This document shows positions 55,014 to 64,000 of a stretch of DNA of 64,000 nt, one piece after another. The position numbers were made by a program, and so were the translations under genes. Source of the DNA: Eledone cirrhosa (Eukaryota). The DNA lies in assembly GCA_964016885.1 (NCBI GenBank), contig OZ024753.1:30008001-30072000 (forward strand), written 5' to 3'. Each line of letters opens with the position of its first letter. The stretch's first letter is position 1. Below the pieces are notes generated by a model. The model was not told the origin of the DNA. It saw only the letters and a list, made by a program, of their open reading frames with translations, and made no database searches.

Positions 55014-55521
55014 TATGCATGTGTGTGTGTATTTGTGTAAAGACACACAGCTGGTGATCTTTTATCTGAAATCCAAAAGTTTTTCAAGTGAGAGGATTTT
55101 TTATAAATGTTTCACACTTATTTGGTGATTTTAGAGTATAATAGACTGTTTTAATTTTTGTTAAAGTAGTTTTTACATAGATTTGTTGTTCCATGGTGTA
55201 AAACTATTTTTATTTGCTGTGAATTGTGAGTCTGCTGGTGGTTGAAAATTGTTCGCGAATTCTCTCTCTTTGCAACAATATTTCCTTTATTTCTTTAAAA
55301 TTATGCTTGCTACAATATTGTCTTCATTTGTTTCAAATTCTTGAAATGTCAGCTCACACCTATACAGGTTAAGTTTGGCCTCCCAAATGGTCTCATCTCA
55401 TAGGAGGTTTCTTGAGTGTTTTAATGATAGGGGCCCTGATTCTATCATGAAAAGCAATGTGAAATAAAGCGTCCTACTCAAAAACACAATACCCCTTCAT
55501 GTTTCATTCTTACTCTTAGAG

Positions 55522-55667
55522 CAGGGTTTCCCAAGCTTTTTCAAACGTGGAACCCTTTTTGGTTCAGAAACTTTTGGGGGCCTCCAAAGTCTAATAATGT
55601 TATACGGTCGTAATATTTCACGGAACCCCCAGACACTCCTTTGTGGAACCCACTTTAGGAACCACTG
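55522..55667. mobile_element. hAT (Charlie-like) MITE
   Basis: CAGGGTTTCCCAA ... TTAGGAACCACTG; related copy at ~50576-50709. Confidence 0.65.
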
Positions 55668-56337
55668 TCCTATTTTTATTCTGTATATATATATTTAGCT
55701 TGTATTCTTCTTTGGGTCATTACCACAAACAAATACCAGCAACTTTGTCGCCTTGAAAGAAGCCTCTTTGAATGTTATAAGATGGTTAGGACTACTTCAA
55801 CAAGCTTTATTCTGATTGCCATTGTGTCACTTATTTATTAGTTTCTAATTTTACTATTTTTTCATGAGCTTGAAATCACGCAAATCTTTCTAGGAAGCAG
55901 TGAAGACCCTTCAGTATAATGACTTTGATCTGAAGGAGGAGTGGCGAAGATCAAATATATATATATAATTATGTTTATATTTATGTATAGTTGTATGTTT
56001 ACATATATAAATATCATACACTAATATATTTGGAGAAGCATCTTCATTTTGGTTGTTATAGTCAACATTTGAACCATTGTACCTACCAGCCTTCTTCAGG
56101 TGCTTTGTGGTATTTGATGATGTCCGCAGAATTTAAAACTAAACCCTTTATTCAAACCACCAGATTGTGTTCTCCTCATTCCCTTATTCTGCCTAAACTA
56201 AACTATATGTAGATGTACTGATGTAGGTATTGAACTCCTATTTCCCCCAGTAAACTACAACACTTAATGCTTATATTGATATTGTCTAAGATAGTGTCCC
56301 TTATAAACAATTATGTGATTGAAATTAGGAGTTTTAA

Positions 56338-56513
56338 CACTTTAGCGTTTAAACCGATTGTATCCGGCCAGAATTCACCTCTTTTTGTTTAAACTCACCG
56401 TAATTGGCCACTCTTAGTGATGTTAAGGTATTGTTCTCAATAGATTCAATATTATGTGAGATAAAGCCTTTACCATGAAAATATTATAGTGTATATAGAG
56501 TAATGTAAAAGGG
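56338..56513. mobile_element. piggyBac-type MITE family A (internally deleted)
   Basis: TTAA flanks; family body. Confidence 0.8.
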
Positions 56514-57199
56514 TTAAACCTGAGTTTTTTATGGTTGAAGTCTTAAAGACTTAATGTCCTTTTCTTAACATTCTATAATAATTTAGTAGAAATTATTTGA
56601 GAGCAAGTTTGTTGATTCAAATATTTATAATATCTTTATTGTGTTGCAGTCATAGTGTTGTTTTGTATTTTTCATGTTTTCTTAATGTGGTTTGCTAATG
56701 CAAATGTTTATAGTATCTTTACTATTGAATAAATTGTTGTAAAAATTTGTAGTAAACTAAATTAAAGGCTTTGATTTTTAATGCAATTTAGTCAGTATTG
56801 TTTTATGCTTTTCAAGAATGTATTTCTATTAATGCAGTTTCATGTGGTACAGGACATTAATAGTTCATACAAGGATTCCATATGGTTTTCATATCTATGC
56901 TCGGCATATTGATGAGTTTATCAAAATCTTTCAATCTTTCAATCATTCTACATTCCAGAGTTTTCCATATATATTATCAAGGTTTGGTGACTCTACAAGT
57001 TATCAGCTATTTGTGATTTCTCTTGTTTCTTTAACTTTAGAGGGTAACTGATATTACCCTTGCCACAACTGCATCAAATGAAATACATGGTTTTTCATTT
57101 TTTGACTCTGAAGAAGTCTTAGGGAGAATTATCTCTAAATGATGAGGCATGCTTTTAAATAATCTCCTGATGTTCTATCGACTGCTAATCTAAATTTTT

Positions 57200-57540
57200 C
57201 TAACATGTCTTCAATATGAAAAAGACACATGATGGAAATATTTTGACTAGCAGCCTTCACCTTTTTTGTGTTTGCTCTTGGAAGCTTGTTCTATACTCGC
57301 TGGATAGTTGTTACTCCAAAGACTCTCTGTATTTCTGATTGTATCGTCTTAGTATGTATCTATCTAGATTACCACTTTTTGTATGATGTTATAAGCAACA
57401 GGCATTCTTTCTTTATGCTGTATGTATGGTAGAAATCAAGCAAAGTTTGGGTATTGTTCAATATATGTAGGCTTGCGATATACAGATGTTTGCTTCACCA
57501 CATGGTAAATATGTTGTTGTTTTTTGTAACAGTGTTCTTG
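57200..57540 (-). pseudogene. Degraded Penelope-like RT fragment (second family)
   Basis: Minus strand VYRKPTYIEQYPNFA*FLP from 57483 resembles PLE VYRKPT..DQYLNF.S.HP; NNYP at 57312-57301. Confidence 0.55.
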
Positions 57541-58387
57541 AGGGTTGGTATTGTGACAGGGTTTGGAAGCTCTGCCCACACACAATTTTATTAATTTCAC
57601 TGGGAACATTAAAAATTATCTTTCATATAATATAGCAATATGTGCATGAGACAGTACTTACTTTCTTTTGAAATTCAATTGAATAACAGAATGCCTGGAC
57701 AGTTCTGATGGAGGATGTTGTAGCTATGTCTTCAAATGGTGAATTTAATTTCAATTTTGAGTATGTGAGCTACTAAAACAAGATACTACTCTGAAGTACC
57801 CTGCCCAGGGGAATATGCTATATATTTTTTATTTATGGCTATGATAGATTGTATGTCATTGTAGTGAAACAATCAGGCTTTCTATATTTCGAAACCATTT
57901 CCTTTGCATTGCACTAATGCTCTTTCATTTGCAAAGTGATATCTGAAATGAAGACAGCTATGTCACCATGCAACAACTTTTACTTTTTCTCTATTTGTAG
58001 AATCTGCTAAATAATTGGCAAGTCCAGTGTAATTTTCTACTCTTAATCATCCTTCATTATATCTGACATAGTTGAAGTTACTCGCTACCACCATGCGGTC
58101 ACCATCATCATCATCATTTCATCATTAAACATGCATTTTCCCTGTTAGCAAGGTTTAGACAGATCAGAGATGGGCTATGAGACTGTACCTCACTTACACA
58201 CCTCAATATGCTCTATTGAGTGTGTTTTATCATGGTACCAGCTCTAGGGAGGTTCTTATGTCTTTGACACATAACAGTCAAGGCAAAAATACATGTCACG
58301 TAGTTATATTTGGATGTAGTAGAGCATCTCTTATTGTTTTAAAAATAAGTACATATCAACATCATTGCCATTATTTAACATGTTTTC

Positions 58388-58482
58388 TGGCTGTAACTGG
58401 CCGCTCATACTGATGTTAAGGTATTGTTCTCAAAATAATATCAAAATCTCATAGATTCGATATTATGTGAGGTAAAGCCTTT
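58388..58482. mobile_element. Internal fragment of MITE family A
   Basis: GCTGTAACTGGCCGCTCATACTGATGTTAAGGTATTGTTCTC... Confidence 0.7.
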
Positions 58483-58944
58483 AATGTTTTTTAACGTTAA
58501 CCAGTCAAGAATTTTGTTATTTGTGACAATGGTCTTTCCAATGTATGCCCAAGATGGCTTGCAGTCTGATAAAAGTGTTTGACCCTTTTTATATCCTTTT
58601 GGTAAAGTGTCCCTGCTTCACATCCATGTAAATGGTTTGCGAGAACAAATGCTTTGTAACCCATCAGCTTAGTACATGATTGGTTGATTCTATCACAACA
58701 GAAGAGACACTTTTGTGCAGTTTACCAAAAGCAGCATGCGCATGACTTGACTAACATTATGTGCAATTTCATCAGTTTGAGTGGCATATTTATATTGGAT
58801 ACTACGTTTCAGATAACAGAAATGGTTAACTTGTTCGACAGAGTGGTTTATGAATTTGAATTTAAACGTGGGGTGTTTCTATTCCAGCCTTACTTAGTAA
58901 ATTGATTATGTGCAATAGAGATTTAATAACTAACTATATTGAAT

Positions 58945-59235
58945 TGGATAGAATACTTTGCAGGATTTCTTCTGGTTCTCTGCAGGTTGGATTCAAATAC
59001 CACTGAGGTCAACTTTGCCTTTCATTCTTTCAAGGTCAAAAAAAAAAAAAAAGTGTTAGTTCAGTTCTGGAATCAATTCTTCTTCTATCACTCTTTCTTA
59101 ATTCCTCTCTATCATTGTCCCCTTCTCTGGATGAAATTGGCTGTGTTCAGAACTTGAGATGGATGGGTTCTGTCAGGTGTAAAATGCCCCAGAGACAGCA
59201 TATACAGCATCCCCAAGACTCTATATTGAGTTGTA
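58945..59235 (+). mobile_element. Diverged SINE (tail type B)
   Basis: Central domain plus tail similar to 17093-17432. Confidence 0.65.
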
Positions 59236-59334
59236 AAACTTTGAGTATCAAGCCAGAAGTTTAATTACAACTCTTCCTTAAATTTAGAGATAATTTTTAT
59301 CTGAAATTATTTTGTTATTTGGTCATTTCATCAT

Positions 59335-59612
59335 ATTCTTTTACTGGTTAGTCATTAAACTGTAGCCATACTGGAGCACCACCTTATAGGGATATTAATT
59401 GTTCATATTAACCTCAGTACTTATTTTACCAATCTGTTTTTCATCAAACCACTAATTTACAGGACACAAACACACAAATAAATATGCTGAGCTTTTGCAG
59501 TTTGTCAGCCAAATTCTACTCACAAGATGTTAGTAAACCTGAGGCTGTCATAGAAAACATTTACCCAAAGTACTATATAATAGAACTGAACCTAGAACCA
59601 AGTGGTTGGGAA
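59335..59612 (-). mobile_element. Diverged SINE(s)
   Basis: Tail GCCATACTGGAGCACCACC and reversed B-box GAACTGAACC; related fragment at 43244-43357. Confidence 0.55.
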
Positions 59613-59804
59613 ACACTATCACAGATTGGTAAAATAAGTGCTGATGTTGATCTACTCAATTTACTAAGTCAGGCTGTAAAATATGCAACAGCTATAATTA
59701 GAATTGAAGATGTTGAAGTTGGTGTTATATGAAAAACCAGAAGAAACTGTTACTTTTGTTGACCAATCACTCTGGATAAAACTTTCTTCCAGTACTCCTT
59801 TTAA

Positions 59805-59968
59805 CCCTTTAGCATTTACATTACTCTATATTTACTATTGTATTATCACGGCAAGCACTTTATCTCACATAATACCTTAACATCAGTATGAGCAGTCGCT
59901 TATGGCCAGTTTGAACAGAAAGAGGTGAGAGAATTCTGGCTGGAACAGCCAGTTTAACTGCTAAAGGA
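59805..59968. mobile_element. piggyBac-type MITE family A (internally deleted)
   Basis: TTAA flanks; TIRs present. Confidence 0.82.
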
Positions 59969-60029
59969 TTAACAGGGTGATTGGTTATTATTAGCATTTA
60001 CCAATTAGAATTATCATACCACAGGTAGA

Positions 60030-60625
60030 AATTAAAAAAACCTCCACTAATTTTTTTAAAACTTAAGATTTAATGTAACATTAGAAGCTAACTTAAAAAT
60101 ACTTAACATTTTCATGTTACTTCAAACCTTAATAATGGTTTATATTATCCTTATAGAAAGTAAAAGGAATGTTTAAACAATATTAATAAACTGCCCAACA
60201 ACCTTAGATGCATTACAAATAATTTGGTTAAAAACATTTCTGTCAGAATATCAAATGTATTTAATAATAAACTAATTTGTAATGATTCTGCTCCTTATTA
60301 CAATGATAGTCTGAAGAAAAGTGATTTGAATCAGATTGTCTGCACTTCACCTCTAATAGAGAAACAATGGAAATGAAACTATGAATATTACCTGGTATAA
60401 TCCTCATAGCTCAAAAGGTTTGATACTCCAGGTTTAAGATATTCTACACAATAAGTATTTCCACCAACATAACATAAATGCCATAGAACCATCAATAATT
60501 AAATACAAATACTGCCAAATTATATTTGACTACCCTTAACCAAACACAAACTATTTTTTGCTCCTGATAACTTAGCTGAATTAAAAGATCGCAGTAGTAA
60601 TGATAATCTTAATTGCAATTGGAAT
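60030..60625 (+). pseudogene. Degraded Penelope-like reverse transcriptase fragment
   Basis: Collinear motifs across frameshifts: FNVTLEANLKILN (60069), HVTSNLNNGLYYPYRK, NLVKNISVRISN, APYYNDSLKKS (~60290), NITWYNP (~60386), all typical of the PLE RT C-terminus and linker. Confidence 0.75.
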
Positions 60626-61273
60626 ACTTTCTAATAATTGCTCTCCTTATTCTAACTTCCTAGTTAAGGATATTGTACATATATGTTTAATTAAAACTAG
60701 TGCATCTACTAAAGCATATGTATAAATATAGAGAGACGAGAGAGACACATGTAGAGTCTTGACCGCGACGTCAAGCGGTTTCGGCTTGTGCCACACAAAC
60801 CGAAATGGCTCTGCGGCCAGGATTTTACATAAATCTACACCCACTCAGTATCTCCCCATTCATTGAGTACTTCCTTGATTAGTGGTCTCCCTGATCTCAG
60901 CACTGCAGTCTAATATATATATGTTTAATTGCCAATAGTTTGAAGTCGTGTTATCTCCAACATTCTCATTCGTGAAGAAACCCAGCTAGAAAGATGCTAC
61001 TTCTCTATCTTTATGGCAACTGAAAAATAATAAATAACAGCTACACTTTATATATATATATATTGTATATCAGAATGGGTGTTTAAAGTGCCATAGTACT
61101 TAAAACATTCAAACAATAATAGTGTGAGCACTCAATACTTGTAAGTAAAGTGTAAATTTTATTTTGGAAGTAGAAAAGTGGCAATGACTTTAAAGTTTCA
61201 GCTTGGCCTCTTCATCTAGTTGTACTGCCTCTGTTTTGTTCCTGTTCAAATTTTCCATTATATATATATATAT

Positions 61274-61463
61274 TTCTTTTCCAAGTTTGAGTCATTGAAT
61301 GTGGCCATACTGTAGCACGAATTTCAATGGTTTTAGTCAAACCTATAGTTACTAACACACACACATATGTATGTGTGTGTGTTGGTAAATATAGGTTTGA
61401 CTAAAACCATTGAAATTCGTGCTACAGTATGGCCACAGTCAACGACTCAAACTTGGAAAAGAA
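61274..61463. repeat. ~94-bp-arm palindrome made of SINE-tail-like sequence
   Basis: Arms are complementary around 61368/61369 with a few mismatches; similar to 59338-59380. Confidence 0.85.
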
Positions 61464-62020
61464 TAAAAGATAAGCTTTTATATATGAATGTGTGAGTGTG
61501 TGTATATTTATTTATATATATATATATATATATACATATGTGTGTATATATGTGGATACATATATATTCCTCCATAACTGTTTACATTTGTGTGAATGTG
61601 CCGTTATTTGCATATGTAAATATATATGTGTGTGTAAATATATATATATAGGGATGGGGGTGCATTAATATACACCAGTGCATATCCACGTCTATATCAC
61701 GTGTAGGCGTGTGTGTTTTTATACTCCCTCTCTCGCCCATATAGAACAGTTTCGTTGCTGCATTCTACTTTTCATCTGACATAGTTTATGTGTGTGTGCA
61801 TTTATACACACATACACACACGCGCGCGCGATCACAAAAGACAGCTTATTCTTCATACACCAATGTGTGTGTGTGTGTGTGTCTGAATATATACACACTC
61901 GTGATAGATTTATTAAATAAACCTTGTGATATATATATATATTTATATATATATATGTGTGTGTGTGTTAGTTTACTGTAATATTTCTTGTTTTTACTGA
62001 GATGTAGTTTTTTTCTCTCT

Positions 62021-62382
62021 TTCATTGCTCTCTCTCTCTCTCTCTTTCGCCTTCTTTATTTCATTGCTCTCTCTCTCTCTCTCTCTCTTTCGCCTTCTTT
62101 ATTTCATTGCTCTCTCTCTCTTTCGCCTTCTTTCTTTCATTGCTCTCTCTCTCTTTCGCCTTCTTTCTTTCATTGCTCTTTCTCTCTCTTTCGCCTTCTT
62201 TCTTTCATTGCTCTCTCTCTCTTTCGCCTTCTTTCTTTCATTGCTCTCTCTCTCTCTCTTTCGCCTTCTTTCTTTCATTGCTCTCTCTCTCTTTCGCCTT
62301 CTTTCTTTCATTGCTCTTTCTCTCTCTTTCGCCTTCTTTCTTTCATTGCTCTCTCTCTCTCTTTCGCCTTCTTTCTTTCATT

Positions 62383-62416
<34 letters not shown>

Positions 62417-62450
62417 CTTCTTTCTTTCATTGCTCTCTCTCTCGCCTTCT
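62021..62450. repeat. Pyrimidine-rich minisatellite, about 12 units
   Basis: Unit TTCATTGC(TC)nTTTCGCCTTCTTTCT with variable (TC)n. Confidence 0.92.
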
Positions 62451-62833
62451 CTTCTTCCCCCATTGATTCTGTCCTCCATTGCAGCTGCTGCTGTTGTTAA
62501 TGTTACTACTACTACCATCACTAATACTCTTCTTATAGTTTTTGTTACTACTACTACTGTTGCTGCTACTACCACTATTACAGCTGCTGCTGCTGCTGCA
62601 GCAGTCACTGGTTGTAAATATTTGCTTGACCTCGTTAACTGAAAATCCTCGCCAAATTACCCAGATCTGCTCTAGAATAGAGAGGAATTGGAAGTGATGC
62701 CTGTATTTTTGCGTGATTTCATTAATAGAGTAAACCATTCCTGACAGCCAGGCATTAGTAATTAATTATTATCAACCAGAACAATAACGTTGGATTTGAG
62801 TTTTTTGGGGATCAAAATCTGGTCGCTACTTAC

Positions 62834-63180
62834 TTTTCACCGATAGTAACTTGTAATATCAACAACAATACTAGTAATAGTGGTATCAGTAGTGGTAGTA
62901 CGAGAGCAGCAGTAGTAGTAATAATAATAGTTGGTATAGCTATAGCAATAGTAGTAGTAGTAGTGTTGAAGAAAGAGGTGGTGATAGAAAAGCTGGCTTG
63001 TGAAGACAGGGTGCTCCCTCCCACCGCAGCTCCGACACATGGACACGGATGATACAATCAGCATTTCGCTAGAGGTGGAGGATTACGGTCAACCAACAAA
63101 ATACTAGCCAACAACAAAAAACTATTAAGCTAACCAACATCGCCAACAACAACAAACACTTGATTTATACGGCACCTATT
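62834..63180 (-). other. Candidate 5' exon of a minus-strand gene
   Basis: Consensus donor GTAAGT at 62833-62828 and CpG-retaining unique sequence; no convincing ATG-initiated frame. Confidence 0.2.
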
Positions 63181-63320
63181 TCTTTCTAGACCGAAGTAGA
63201 AATGTTCCTTATTCATCGGTGAATATTTTTCACCTAATTTTTCTGCTTTTGAAGCCTATTTAAAAGTTTTTTTTCTTTTTTTTTTTTCTGTGTGTTTCTC
63301 TTCCCCTCTCTCTATCTCTG

Positions 63321-63351
<31 letters not shown>

Positions 63352-64000
63352 ATATATAGTGTATATATTATATATATGCGGAATGTTATTGTTGTATACA
63401 GTAGTCGTCGTCGTATGTCTATGATGGCAAGCGAATACAGCCACCATGGCTTAGTGCCCGTCTATTTTATATATTAATCTTATTTTTTATTATTATTTCT
63501 ATCTCTTTTCCTTAAAAAAAAAAAAAATCTGAGACATGTTGTTTCTCTCTGTTTTCTGTCTCAATCTCGCCCCCCGCTCCTTTTCTTTCGCTCGTCTCTT
63601 ATTTTTATCCTTTCTTTATCCCTCTTCCATTTTGGTCTTTCTTTCGTCTGTATTGCTGTTTACCTTTTTTTTTTAAATTATGCATTTACTAATCTTTAAA
63701 TAAGATATGTATGTATTTATGTGTTAAGATGGAAAACATTCAGAGAATTAATTTCGGTGTGGGCATTAGTTTGCATTTTACTCAAATGTTGCCCGTATTG
63801 TATGGTGCATGTTTATAACGCTCTAAGATTTTCAATACAGGCTTGTTTAGAACATATATGTGTGTGTGTATGTATGTACATATATATAATGTAATTTTTA
63901 TCTAGATGTGCTTTATAATTCGGCATTTGTTGATTCTTCTGTCGAGAATTTAGTTTCATGGAACGAAATTTTCCCAAGTATTCTTTATATCTATATGTTT

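Noticed and set aside
61988-62642. Overlapping 100-205 aa ORFs
   Set aside because: Products of the stop-free minisatellite.

Overview
AT-rich, microsatellite-dense animal intronic/intergenic DNA. The repeat repertoire suggests a cephalopod (octopus-like) genome; this is inference. No complete host gene, rRNA, tRNA gene or CRISPR array is supportable. The window holds one near-full-length but disabled RTE-clade LINE (8.2-11.7 kb, minus strand: APE endonuclease, RT, PHD-like finger) with several 5'-truncated copies, many tRNA-derived SINEs, about a dozen copies of a TTAA-targeting piggyBac-type MITE, hAT and Tc1-type MITEs, two Tx1/L1-like 3' fragments in microsatellites and three relic Penelope-like (PLE) RT fragments. 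The most notable signal is about ten mutually dissimilar short inserts in or beside (TA)n tracts. Several form long near-perfect palindromes (arms up to 183 bp), and most carry full or partial hammerhead-ribozyme-like motifs (CUGANGA...GAAAC-N4-7-GUH), often with a much-extended stem II. I interpret them as pseudo-LTR remnants of microsatellite-targeting PLE or retrozyme-like elements. Everything was read by eye, so boundaries are approximate and no ribozyme activity is shown.
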